NCBI GenBank assembly: GCA_036002325.1
Contig: DASYTJ010000012.1
Span: 61,457 to 125,456, forward strand
From: Thermoanaerobaculia bacterium
Lineage (GTDB): Bacteria; Acidobacteriota; Thermoanaerobaculia; Multivoradales; UBA5704
Length of the DNA: 64,000 nucleotides
Direction of reading: 5' to 3'
In this document: positions 29,910-38,579 of the stretch, piece after piece
Layout: every line of letters begins with the position of its first letter
Position numbering within the stretch: position 1 is the stretch's first letter
Made by a program: the position numbers and the translations under genes
The notes under the pieces: generated by a model
Database searches by the model: none
Seen by the model: the letters and a program-made list of their open reading frames with translations, nothing else
What the model was told of the DNA's origin: nothing

Positions 29910-32126
29910 GTGAGAAGTCGAAAGCCGATCCGCCATCGCGCCGCGCTCATCCTGCTGGTTCCCCTGCTGCTGGGCTCCTCCGCCACGTCCTCGCCGCCAC
30001 GCCACGAGATCGCCGGACCTCTTCCCGGACATTCGGACCGGGCTTCGCTCGCCTACGCGGACGCCGCCGCCGCCGCACGCCGGAAAGACTGTGACGCCGC
30101 CTACAAGGCGCTCGCCCCGGTTCTCGCCGGCAAGAGCTCCGAAGCCTCCTTCGCCCGCCTCCTGCTCGGCTTCTACGCCCACTCCTGCGAGCAGACGGCC
30201 TACGCCGAGGATCGGCTGTTCGCAGCCGTCGATCCCGATGGTCCGCTGGAGGACTGGCGGCTCTATATCCTGAGCGACAACGCCGCCGCGCGCGGGCACA
30301 TCCTGCTCGCCCAGACCTCCCTCGCGAGGCTCCTGGGAGACTACCCGGGCTCCGTGCTGCGGCCCCGGGCGCTGCTCAAGGCGGCGACGCTCGCCTGGCA
30401 GCGCGGCGACGCGCGGCGTGCTCTCGAGCACATCGCGGCTGGACGGAGCGAAGCGCTGCGCGGCGACGAGGCGGCCCAACTCGAGGCCCTTGCCTGGGAG
30501 ATCGGCGGCCGGCTGGCCGACCGCGGCGTGCAGTCCGAGGCCGCGCGCCGGCTGCTGGTGAATTTCCCCCTCAAGGCCGCCGAGCTCAAGGTCGTCGAGA
30601 TCTTCCGCGATCCCAGCGGCTCTCTCCCATGGCCGGATTTCCTCACCGGCGATCAGCTCAAGCGCCGGGCGCAGGCTCTGCTGGACCTGCGGCTGGATCC
30701 CAGCGCCCTGGCGACGCTCGACGTCATAGGCGCGGCGGACCGCGACCTGCAGTGGTATCTGCTCGAAGCGCAGGCGCTCACCCGCGCCCACCGGGGCAGC
30801 GACGCCCTGGAGCTGCTCGCTGACAAGGAAGCGCAGGATCCCCGCCAGGCGGCGGCTCTCGCATGGGCCCGCGCCATGTCAGCCGACGACGCCGCCACGG
30901 CCCAGCGGGGCCGGGCGAACCTCGGCTCGGCCGAGCGCAAGCGGCTGCGCCTCCTCTCGCAGCAGTATCTGGAGAAAGCGACCCAGACCGGCGCCGACCC
31001 CGATCTGGCCGCCAGAGCGCTCAAGTCGCTCTACGCCGGCTATCTTGAGGACGACCTCTTCGACCGCGCCATGGACGCGCTGCGCCGCCTGCGCCGCCTC
31101 GACCCGCGGGACACGACCGGCGCCGCCAATCTGTGGCAGGCCGGCTGGCAGGAGTATGGCCGCGGCAACTATACGGGCGCCATCGGCTATTGGACGGAGC
31201 TGTTCTCTCTCTATCCGGAGGATGCCAACGCTCGCCGGGGCCGCTATTGGACGGCGCGGGCTTTCGACGCGCTGGGGGAGGACGAACGGGCGCAGCAGAT
31301 CTACAACGAGATCGCTCAGGCCGACACGGCGGACTTCTACCGCCGGAACGCCATCGGCCGCCTGCGCGGCAAGCCGGCCGCCCTGGCTGCGGCGGCGCGG
31401 GCCCAGGAGCCCTGGCCCTCCGATCCGGCCCTCGGCCGCGCGCGGCTGCTGACCGACCTCGGCCTCGACGATCTGGCCTTGTCCGAGGCGGAGCTGGTGC
31501 GGGACAAGGTGCAGCAGCGTCCGTGGCAGGCCCTGCAAGCGATCGTCCTGGCGCGCCGTGGCGAGCGCCGCAAGAGCGTCCAGGTGATCCGCGACGCCTT
31601 TCCCGCCCTGGGAGGACCCTTCCAGGCCTCTCTGCCGGAGGAGGCTCGCCGCCTCTACTATCCGATCGATTACCTGGAGCCGATCCGCACCTGGTCGGCG
31701 ATGAACCGCCTGCCCTCCTACCTGGTGTTCGGGATCATCCGCCAGGAGAGCGCCTTCGACCGCTACGCCCAGAGCTGGGCGGGAGCCCGCGGCCTGATGC
31801 AGCTCATGCCGGCTACCGCGCGCGAGCTGGCGCTCAAGAACGGCCTTTCCTATTCGCATGACCTGCTCTCCGATCCGGCGTTCAACGTGCGGTTGGGGAC
31901 CACCTACTTCCGGCAGGTGTTCAGCATGTTCGACGAGAACCTGGAGCTGTCGTTGGCCGGCTACAACGGCGGGCCCTATCGCATCAAGCGCCTGTGGAAT
32001 GAATCCAGCGGCAGGGAGACCGACCGCTTCCTCGAGGGATTGGGCCTGGAGGAGCCGAAGACCTACGTCAAGCGGATCCTCGTCCTCTCGGACAGTTACC
32101 GCCAGCTCTATCCGCAGGCCGGGTGA
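29910..32126 (+). CDS. Soluble lytic murein transglycosylase (Slt70-like; superhelical TPR-like N-domain plus SLT catalytic domain)
   Basis: 738 aa; signal peptide; SLT domain motifs IIRQESAFDRYAQSWAGARGLMQLMPATA and GYNGGPYRI. Confidence 0.8.
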   Translation: MRSRKPIRHRAALILLVPLLLGSSATSSPPRHEIAGPLPGHSDRASLAYADAAAAARRKDCDAAYKALAPVLAGKSSEASFARLLLGFYAHSCEQTAYAEDRLFAAVDPDGPLEDWRLYILSDNAAARGHILLAQTSLARLLGDYPGSVLRPRALLKAATLAWQRGDARRALEHIAAGRSEALRGDEAAQLEALAWEIGGRLADRGVQSEAARRLLVNFPLKAAELKVVEIFRDPSGSLPWPDFLTGDQLKRRAQALLDLRLDPSALATLDVIGAADRDLQWYLLEAQALTRAHRGSDALELLADKEAQDPRQAAALAWARAMSADDAATAQRGRANLGSAERKRLRLLSQQYLEKATQTGADPDLAARALKSLYAGYLEDDLFDRAMDALRRLRRLDPRDTTGAANLWQAGWQEYGRGNYTGAIGYWTELFSLYPEDANARRGRYWTARAFDALGEDERAQQIYNEIAQADTADFYRRNAIGRLRGKPAALAAAARAQEPWPSDPALGRARLLTDLGLDDLALSEAELVRDKVQQRPWQALQAIVLARRGERRKSVQVIRDAFPALGGPFQASLPEEARRLYYPIDYLEPIRTWSAMNRLPSYLVFGIIRQESAFDRYAQSWAGARGLMQLMPATARELALKNGLSYSHDLLSDPAFNVRLGTTYFRQVFSMFDENLELSLAGYNGGPYRIKRLWNESSGRETDRFLEGLGLEEPKTYVKRILVLSDSYRQLYPQAG

Positions 32127-33558
32127 GGCCGGGCGTCTGCGTAGACCGATCGCTTCGCGGCTGGCGGTCACCGGGCTTCTCGTTCTTGTCGCCTGCAACC
32201 CCGGGACGCGGCACGACGGCCCCATCGTCCTCGTCACCTTCGACTCGCTGCGAGCCGACGTCGTCGGCGGGCTCGGCGGCCAACGGGGGCTGACGCCCCA
32301 CCTCGACGCCCTCCTCCGTCAGGCGGACTGGGCGGGACGCGCGATCGCTCCGTCGAGCTGGGGAGTGCCGGCCATGGCGTCCCTGTTCACCGGCCTGCGG
32401 CCCTGGCAGCATCAGGTCCTGCAACGAGAAAGCCGCCTCTCTCCCGCTCTCCTCACACTGGCGGAGGCGCTGCAGGCTCAAGGATATGCGACGCGCGGCT
32501 TTACCGGCGAGCCCGCGTACTCGAAGGCTGCCGGCTACGAGCAGGGATTCGATCTCCTGGGGGAGCTCGGCAAAGGCGCCGAAGCCGCCGCCGAGCTGAA
32601 GAGACTGGGCGACGACAGCCGGTTCGTCTGGATCCACATCCCCGAGCCCAAGGCGCCCTACTTCCGGCGGCCGAAGTTCGCTTCCCGGCTCGACACGGGG
32701 CGGCTCGACCTTCCTTTCCGGGTGCTGCCGCATCAGCTCGCGCCCTACTTCGACCCCGGGGTGTTCCTGCCGCCGGCCAAACGGCGGCGCTTCTGGACGA
32801 TGTACCGCTTCAACGTGGCCTGGGCCGACGAGCGGTTCGGCCGCCTCGTCGCCGCCCTGCGCGAGAGCGGCCAGTGGGATCGGACGCTGCTCGTCGTGAC
32901 CTCCACCCATGGCGAGGAGTTCGGCGAGAAGGGACAGATTCTGAATGGCGGCAACCTGGGCCGCCAGCTCATCGAAGTGCCGCTCGCCGTCAAGTTGCCG
33001 GTTGGCTTCAACCGCGCGATCGCCGCGCCGAGGGATCGCAGGGTGGCGGCGGCGGGCCTCTGGGCGACTCTGGTGGAGGCGGCAGGCGGCGAGGTCCCTC
33101 CGGCGGCGGCGCCCAGCCTCTTCCGGAAGGCTCCGGATGCCATTCTCTCGGAGCTGTACTTGACCAACGGCACCAACCAATTCTCTCTCCTAACCGGCGA
33201 CGACCAGCTCCTCTGGGAGTCGAGCTTCGCGGCGCCGGAACCGGAGTACTACCGGGCCCGTCTGGCGCTGATGAGCCGGGGCAACGCCCGCCTCGCGCGC
33301 GCCGAGCTCTCCGTGCCGCCGGCCGAGATCTTCGGCCGGCTGCTCGCCGGTTTCCTGGTCACGCCTCCGCTCACCGGCAACGGCGAGCCGCGGTTGACTC
33401 TCGAGCGATGGCTGGAGCGAGGCAGCCGCCGCGTCGACGATCCCCGGCGGACGGCCGAGCTGGCGCGGCTCCTGGCGCATACCTGGAACGAGTTTCTGCC
33501 GGCCGAGCTGACGCCCAGGGAGGAAGCCCGCGAGTGGTATACTGCCGATTCGCCCTGA
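32125..33558 (+). CDS. Sulfatase/alkaline-phosphatase superfamily lipoprotein
   Basis: VLVTFDSLRADVVGG, LTPHLDAL, VVTSTHGEEFGEKG; lipoprotein signal LAVTGLLVLVAC just after Slt stop; no canonical ATG/GTG near it, so start uncertain (possible CTG 32134 or unusual initiation). Confidence 0.55.
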   Translation, partial: EAGRLRRPIASRLAVTGLLVLVACNPGTRHDGPIVLVTFDSLRADVVGGLGGQRGLTPHLDALLRQADWAGRAIAPSSWGVPAMASLFTGLRPWQHQVLQRESRLSPALLTLAEALQAQGYATRGFTGEPAYSKAAGYEQGFDLLGELGKGAEAAAELKRLGDDSRFVWIHIPEPKAPYFRRPKFASRLDTGRLDLPFRVLPHQLAPYFDPGVFLPPAKRRRFWTMYRFNVAWADERFGRLVAALRESGQWDRTLLVVTSTHGEEFGEKGQILNGGNLGRQLIEVPLAVKLPVGFNRAIAAPRDRRVAAAGLWATLVEAAGGEVPPAAAPSLFRKAPDAILSELYLTNGTNQFSLLTGDDQLLWESSFAAPEPEYYRARLALMSRGNARLARAELSVPPAEIFGRLLAGFLVTPPLTGNGEPRLTLERWLERGSRRVDDPRRTAELARLLAHTWNEFLPAELTPREEAREWYTADSP

Positions 33559-33573
33559 AGGGGGGCTCTCCCC

Positions 33574-33646
33574 GGGTCCATAGCTCAGCGGTGAGAGCGT
33601 CCGGCTCATAACCGGCAGGTCCCTGGTTCGAATCCAGGTGGACCCA
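33574..33646 (+). tRNA. tRNA-Met (anticodon CAT; could be tRNA-Ile2 if lysidinylated)
   Basis: Cloverleaf: acceptor GGGTCCA/TGGACCC, D arm GCTC-AGCGGTGA-GAGC, anticodon loop CTCATAA, T arm CCTGG-TTCGAAT-CCAGG; CCA not encoded. Confidence 0.85.
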
Positions 33647-33733
33647 CTTCGGAAGCGCTCCGAGCCATCATGACGATGCGGCCGCGCGGCAGGGAGTGCG
33701 ATGATTTTTCTTGGAGAGGAGCGGACCTTCTCG

Positions 33734-34474
33734 ATGAATCAGAACCTCCAGAACATCCTGGAGCTGCAGGCCGCGCTCACCCGCCTGCGTGAAGCCGAGG
33801 CGCGGCTGAGCGGGATCCCCGACTGGATGCGAGAGCTGCACCAGGAGCACGAGACGCGCAAGGCGGAGATCGCCGCCCTCGAAGAGACCGCCGAAGAGGC
33901 GACCCGGCAGCGGCGGGCGGCGGAGGCGGCGGTCCAGGATGCGCAGGAAAAGCTCAAGAAATACCAGCAGCAGATCAACCGGGTGAGCACGCAGCGCGAG
34001 TATGGCGCGCTGTTGCAGGAGATCGACACCGTCAAGGGGCAGATCTCCAGCCAGGAGGACCAGGCCTTCTCCTCGCTCGAGCACCACGAACAGGCGCAGA
34101 AAGAGCTGGCGGCGCTGCGCGAGAGCTTTCGCGACGTCGAGGAGCGTTATGCCGTCGAGCTGGCCCGTTGGGAGAGCGAAAAGCCGGAGATCTCGCGCCA
34201 GGCGGACGACCTGCGCGGGCGGATCGCGGACCTCAAGCAGCGTCTCCCCCGCAGCCTCGTCTCCCAGTTCGAGCGCATCCTGGACCGGTATCCCTCGGGG
34301 GCGATAGCTCCGGTGCGGCCGATCGAGCGTCCGGGGCGAGGCCAGCGCGAATGGCACTGCGCCGCCTGCAATTACCGGGTGCGCCCCCAGGCCGTCGTCG
34401 AGATCCGCAACGGCGGCAGCCTCGTCCAGTGCGACGCCTGCAAGCGCATCCTCTATCTGGAGGAGCAGGCCTGA
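33734..34474 (+). CDS. C4-type zinc-ribbon domain protein (COG1579/DUF164 family)
   Basis: Coiled-coil N-terminal region then CAACNYRV...CDACKRIL zinc ribbon; RBS GGAGAGGAG upstream of ATG 33734. Confidence 0.7.
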   Translation: MNQNLQNILELQAALTRLREAEARLSGIPDWMRELHQEHETRKAEIAALEETAEEATRQRRAAEAAVQDAQEKLKKYQQQINRVSTQREYGALLQEIDTVKGQISSQEDQAFSSLEHHEQAQKELAALRESFRDVEERYAVELARWESEKPEISRQADDLRGRIADLKQRLPRSLVSQFERILDRYPSGAIAPVRPIERPGRGQREWHCAACNYRVRPQAVVEIRNGGSLVQCDACKRILYLEEQA

Positions 34475-35160
34475 AGGGCGTCGCCGAGCACCTGGCGGGG
34501 ATCAACGCGCGCATCGCGGAGGCCTGCCGGCGCGCCGGCCGGTCCGCCGGAGAAGTGGTCCTGGTGGGCGCCAGCAAGACCCAACCCGCCGCCGTGATCG
34601 CCGAGGCCTGGCAGGCCGGCCTCACCGTGTTCGGCGAGAACCGGGTTCAGGAAGCGCTCGCCAAGAGCCGCGAGCTGCCGCCGGGGATCGAGTGGCACCT
34701 CATCGGTCCCTTGCAATCCAACAAGGTCCGTCCCGCCTTGGATCTGTTCCGCACCGTCCACTCCATCGACCGACTCCCGATCGCCGAGGCCCTGGACCGC
34801 GGGGCCGGCGCTCGAGGCATCGAGATCGCCGGCTTTCTGGAGATCAACCTCGGTGTCGAGGAGAGCAAGCACGGCTTTCCGCCCGCGGGATTGGCCGCAG
34901 CGGTCGGCCCGCTCAGCCGCCTGGAGCATCTGCGGATCGTCGGCCTCATGGCCATCCCTCCCCAAGGCGACGCGCCCGAGGACTCCCGCCCCTGGTTCCG
35001 CAAGCTGCGCGAGCTGCGCGACGATCTCGCCTCCCGCCCCGAGTGGGCGGGCTTCCCCGGCCGGCTCTCGATGGGGATGAGCGATGACTTCGAGGTGGCG
35101 ATCGAAGAGGGTGCCACCCACGTGCGGGTGGGCACGGCCCTCTTCGGACCGCGGCATTGA
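34471..35160 (+). CDS. yggS: YggS family pyridoxal-phosphate homeostasis protein
   Basis: VVLVGASKTQPAAVIAEAWQAGLTVFGENRVQE, WHLIGPLQSNK, HVRVGTALFG; alignment with E. coli YggS puts start at CTG 34471 (overlaps upstream TGA), alternative GTG 34429. Confidence 0.75.
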   Translation: MKGVAEHLAGINARIAEACRRAGRSAGEVVLVGASKTQPAAVIAEAWQAGLTVFGENRVQEALAKSRELPPGIEWHLIGPLQSNKVRPALDLFRTVHSIDRLPIAEALDRGAGARGIEIAGFLEINLGVEESKHGFPPAGLAAAVGPLSRLEHLRIVGLMAIPPQGDAPEDSRPWFRKLRELRDDLASRPEWAGFPGRLSMGMSDDFEVAIEEGATHVRVGTALFGPRH

Positions 35161-35260
35161 GCAAGGCGTTCCCCCAATACCTATGCTAGGATAGCTATCC
35201 TTTTTCGAAGCTGATTCTCGGCAAGATACCGGCGCGAGCCCCGTGGAAGGAGATCCCAGG

Positions 35261-35767
35261 ATGGCCATCACTCCGCTCGAGATCCAGAAGATGCGCTTCT
35301 CGCAGAAGATGCGGGGGTACGATCCCACGGAGGTGGAGGGCTTCCTCTCGCTGCTCGCCGAGGAGCTGGCCGCCCGCGTCGCCCAGGCGGAGAAGCTGGA
35401 GCGCGAGAACCGCTACTACCGGCAACGGCTGGAGGAGACCGAGCATCGGGAGCATCAGCTCCAGCAGACGCTGCTGCGGGCGCAGAAGGTGTCGGACGAC
35501 ATCACCGCCAACGCCCGCCACGAGGCGGAGCTGCTGGTGAAGGAGGCCGAGATCGCGGCCGACAAGATCGTGCAGCAGGCCATCGAGCAGTCCGCCCGCT
35601 TCGAAGCGAAGATTACCGATCTGCGCACCGCCCGGCGCGAGCTGCAGCTCAAGTTCAGGAACACCCTCGACCTTTTCCAGCGCATCCTGGAGGCCGAGAT
35701 GGAGGACGAGCGGACCACGGCCACCGTCCTGACCCTGCCGCGCAAGCGGCGGGAATCTGGAGCTTGA
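35261..35767 (+). CDS. divIVA: DivIVA domain-containing protein
   Basis: MAITPLEIQKMRFSQKMRGYDPTEVEGFL N-terminal DivIVA motif followed by coiled-coil. Confidence 0.75.
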   Translation: MAITPLEIQKMRFSQKMRGYDPTEVEGFLSLLAEELAARVAQAEKLERENRYYRQRLEETEHREHQLQQTLLRAQKVSDDITANARHEAELLVKEAEIAADKIVQQAIEQSARFEAKITDLRTARRELQLKFRNTLDLFQRILEAEMEDERTTATVLTLPRKRRESGA

Positions 35768-36048
35768 GCCTTCCCGCGGCGACGCGGCGCCTCTTTCCGG
35801 ACTGCGACGAAGCGGACCTCACTCCGGAACGAGCGGGCTCTCTGCTGATGGCCCGCGTGCTCGAAGACGGCGACGCGGCGGATCTCGCCTGGCTTCTCGC
35901 AACCATCCCCGAACCTGCTCTCGCCGAGTGGTTCGCCCGCCACGGCGGACGGCAGCTCTCGGTCCGCAGCCGCGCCTTCTGGGAGATCGTGCTCGGGCGC
36001 GCGGCCGGACCGGCCCACTCGGCAGCCGAAGCCCTATGGCCGCTCTGA
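35764..36048 (+). CDS. Small hypothetical protein, candidate cognate antitoxin/partner of downstream nucleotidyltransferase
   Basis: 94 aa; ATGA overlap with divIVA stop and 13-nt overlap with downstream gene, so translationally coupled; no recognisable DNA-binding motif by eye. Confidence 0.35.
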   Translation: MSLPAATRRLFPDCDEADLTPERAGSLLMARVLEDGDAADLAWLLATIPEPALAEWFARHGGRQLSVRSRAFWEIVLGRAAGPAHSAAEALWPL

Positions 36049-36707
36049 CCCTCGCTCACCCCGAAGCGCTCTCGCCGCGTTCCCAGGAGCTGCTGGCGCG
36101 CCTGGCCGAGCGTCCCTGGGCCGAAGAACTCTATCTCGCCGGCTCGGCCGCCCTGGCGCTCTACACCGGCCACCGCCCGGTCACCGATCTCGACCTGATG
36201 AGCAACGCCAACCGGCTCACCGGTCCCGAGCGGCGCGACCTCCTCGGCGAGCTGCTGGCGCTCGACTCCGGCACCGAGGTGGAGACAGCCCGCGACGGCT
36301 ATCTCTTCGCCCGCCTGGGCGGCGTCGGTCTCCGGCTCTTCTACTACCCTTATCCGCTCGTCCGGCCCTTCGAGGACTTCGCCGGGCTCGCCGTCGCCTC
36401 CGCCGTGGACCTCGGCCTGATGAAGCTCGGCGCCGTCATCAGCCGCGGCACGCGGCGCGACTTCGTGGACCTCTATCTCCTCTGCCGCGAGCTGCCTCTC
36501 GCCACGCTGTTCGACCTCGCGGAGGACAAGTTCGGCCACGTCCGCGACTTTCCCCTCCAGGCCCTCAAGGGACTCGCCGACCTCTCGCAGATCGAAGGCG
36601 AGCCCATGCCTCGCCTCGCCCGCCCGCTGGAGTGGAGCGAGGTCGAAGAGTGGCTCCGCTCGCAGGTGCGGGAGATGGGGCGGGCGCACGTGGGACTGAA
36701 TCGGTGA
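36036..36707 (+). CDS. Nucleotidyltransferase, AbiEii/AbiGii-like (type IV toxin-antitoxin toxin family)
   Basis: 223 aa; LYLAGSAALALYTGHRPVTDLDLM (GS...D.D nucleotidyltransferase motif), FYYPYPL, VDLGLMKLGAVISRGTRRDFVDLYLL typical of AbiEii family. Confidence 0.55.
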   Translation: MAALTLAHPEALSPRSQELLARLAERPWAEELYLAGSAALALYTGHRPVTDLDLMSNANRLTGPERRDLLGELLALDSGTEVETARDGYLFARLGGVGLRLFYYPYPLVRPFEDFAGLAVASAVDLGLMKLGAVISRGTRRDFVDLYLLCRELPLATLFDLAEDKFGHVRDFPLQALKGLADLSQIEGEPMPRLARPLEWSEVEEWLRSQVREMGRAHVGLNR

Positions 36708-36747
36708 GGTTGATCGACAGGTTCGCCCGCGAAACCTCACCCCCTGG

Positions 36748-36776
36748 CCCCCTCTCCAGCTAAGCTGGAGAGGGGG
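36748..36776 (+). terminator. Strong hairpin CCCCCTCTCCAGC-taa-GCTGGAGAGGGGG
   Basis: 13-bp perfect stem 40 nt after nucleotidyltransferase stop, just before hutI start; no U-tract. Confidence 0.4.
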
Positions 36777-36787
36777 AACGCGAAATC

Positions 36788-38044
36788 ATGTCCGACCTGC
36801 TGATCCACAATCTCGCGGAAGTGGCCACTCCGGAGGGCCCCACTCCGCTGCGTGGGGCGGAGCAGCGCCGGGTGCGACGGATTCGCGATGCCGAAGTGGT
36901 CTGCCGCGACGGCCGGATCGTCTTCGTGGGGACGGCGGAGGAGCGGCTGCGCCTCTTCGGCGAGGTTTCCGACGCCGAGCGGCTGGACGGCCGCGGCGGC
37001 ACGCTGATCCCCGGGTTCGTCGATCCGCATACCCACCTTCCCTGGGCCGGCAACCGCGAGGAAGAGTTCGCGGCGCGGCTCGCGGGCAAGACCTACCAGG
37101 AGATCGCGGCGGCCGGTGGCGGCATCCTCTCCACCGTGGCGGCCACGCGCCGGGCGAGCGAGGAGGAGCTCGCCGCCAACGTCCTGCGGCGGATGGACCG
37201 CATGCTCGCCTGGGGCACCACCACCGCCGAAGCGAAGAGCGGCTACGGCCTCACCCGCGGCGACGAGCTGAAGCAGCTCCGCGCCATCCACCGCGCCTCC
37301 GAAAACCACGCCGTAGACCTCGTGCCGACCCTCCTCGCCGCGCACGAGGTTCCGCCCGAGCACCGGCAGGACCGCCGCCGCTATCTCGACCTGATCTGCG
37401 ACGAGATCGTGCCGGCCGCCGCCGAGGCCGGGCTCGCCCGCTTCTGCGACGTCTTCTGCGAGGAGGGCGTATTCACCGCCGCGGAGTCCCGCCGGGTGCT
37501 CGAAGCCGGCGTCCGCCGGGGGCTTGCCCCCCGCCTCCACGCCGACGAGTTCGCCGATTCCGGCGGCGCCGAGCTGGCGGCCGACTTGGGAGCGCTCTCC
37601 GCCGACCACCTGATGGCCGTGTCGCCGGCCGGCGTCGAGGCCCTGGCGCGCTCGGGCGTGACCGCCGTGCTGCTGCCCGGCACCAGCTTCTTCCTCATGA
37701 AGCACCGCTACGCTCCCGCCCGCAAGCTCGTCGAAGCCGGCGTGCCGGTCGCCCTGGCGACCGACTGCAACCCGGGCTCTTCGCATACCGAATCCATGCC
37801 CATGGTGGTCGTGCTGGCCGTCTTCGAGCTCGGCCTGACGATCGAAGAGAGCCTCACGGCGGCCACCCTGAACGCCGCCTGCTGCCTCGGCCTCGGCGCG
37901 GAGATCGGCTCCGTCGAGGCCGGCAAACGGGCCGATCTCGTCCTGCTCGACGCTCCCAACCTCCTTCACCTCGTCTACCATTACGGCATCAATCCGGTCG
38001 CCGCGGTCGTCAAGCGGGGACAGGTGGTCCATCGGGCCATTTGA
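36788..38044 (+). CDS. hutI: Imidazolonepropionase (amidohydrolase family)
   Basis: FVDPHTHLPWAGNREEEF, KSGYGL, HADE, DCNPGSS motifs characteristic of HutI. Confidence 0.7.
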   Translation: MSDLLIHNLAEVATPEGPTPLRGAEQRRVRRIRDAEVVCRDGRIVFVGTAEERLRLFGEVSDAERLDGRGGTLIPGFVDPHTHLPWAGNREEEFAARLAGKTYQEIAAAGGGILSTVAATRRASEEELAANVLRRMDRMLAWGTTTAEAKSGYGLTRGDELKQLRAIHRASENHAVDLVPTLLAAHEVPPEHRQDRRRYLDLICDEIVPAAAEAGLARFCDVFCEEGVFTAAESRRVLEAGVRRGLAPRLHADEFADSGGAELAADLGALSADHLMAVSPAGVEALARSGVTAVLLPGTSFFLMKHRYAPARKLVEAGVPVALATDCNPGSSHTESMPMVVVLAVFELGLTIEESLTAATLNAACCLGLGAEIGSVEAGKRADLVLLDAPNLLHLVYHYGINPVAAVVKRGQVVHRAI

Positions 38045-38102
38045 CGTAGAATCGACCCTTCACCTCGCATCGAGGCAGTCGACTCCCCAAGGAGGCTCGA
38101 CC

Positions 38103-38576
38103 ATGCACCCGAAGATCCTCCCCCGCATCCTCTTCACGGCCGTCCTGTTGACCGCCGCGTTGCTGCTCCCCGCCTTCGCCGGCCAGGCTCCCGCTCAGCC
38201 CGCCGCCAAAGAAGTCAAAGAAGTCGTCACCCCCTCCGGCCTTAGAGTCATCGACCTCAAGATCGGCCAGGGGGAAGAAGCCGCCCCCGGCAAGATCGTC
38301 GAGGTCCAGTACGTCGGCTGGCTGGAAAACGGCACCCGCTTCGACACCAGCCGCGAGCATCAGCCCTTCACTTTCCGGCTCGGCGCCGGCGACGGCATCA
38401 AGGGGTGGGACGAAGGGCTCGTCGGCATGAAGGTGGGCGGCAAGCGCAAGCTCGTGATTCCTCCCGAGCTCGGCTTCGGCAAGCAGGGCGTGGGCAGCGT
38501 GGTGCCGCCCAACGCGGTGCTGGTCTACGAGTTCGAGCTGCTGCAGGTCCGGGAGGCCTCGGGCCGGTCACGATAA
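38103..38576 (+). CDS. FKBP-type peptidyl-prolyl cis-trans isomerase, secreted
   Basis: Signal peptide; VQYVGWLENGTRFDTS...FRLGAGDGIKGWDEGLVGMKVGGKRKLVIPPELGFG canonical FKBP. Confidence 0.85.
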   Translation: MHPKILPRILFTAVLLTAALLLPAFAGQAPAQPAAKEVKEVVTPSGLRVIDLKIGQGEEAAPGKIVEVQYVGWLENGTRFDTSREHQPFTFRLGAGDGIKGWDEGLVGMKVGGKRKLVIPPELGFGKQGVGSVVPPNAVLVYEFELLQVREASGRSR

Positions 38577-38579
38577 CGT

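Noticed and set aside
28191-30791. 866-aa minus-strand ORF
   Set aside because: Antisense to the GAF/Pro-rich protein and lytic transglycosylase genes; low-complexity.
34168-34470. Upstream 5' extension of the yggS ORF in the track
   Set aside because: That part overlaps the zinc-ribbon gene in another frame. Homology with YggS begins at 34471.
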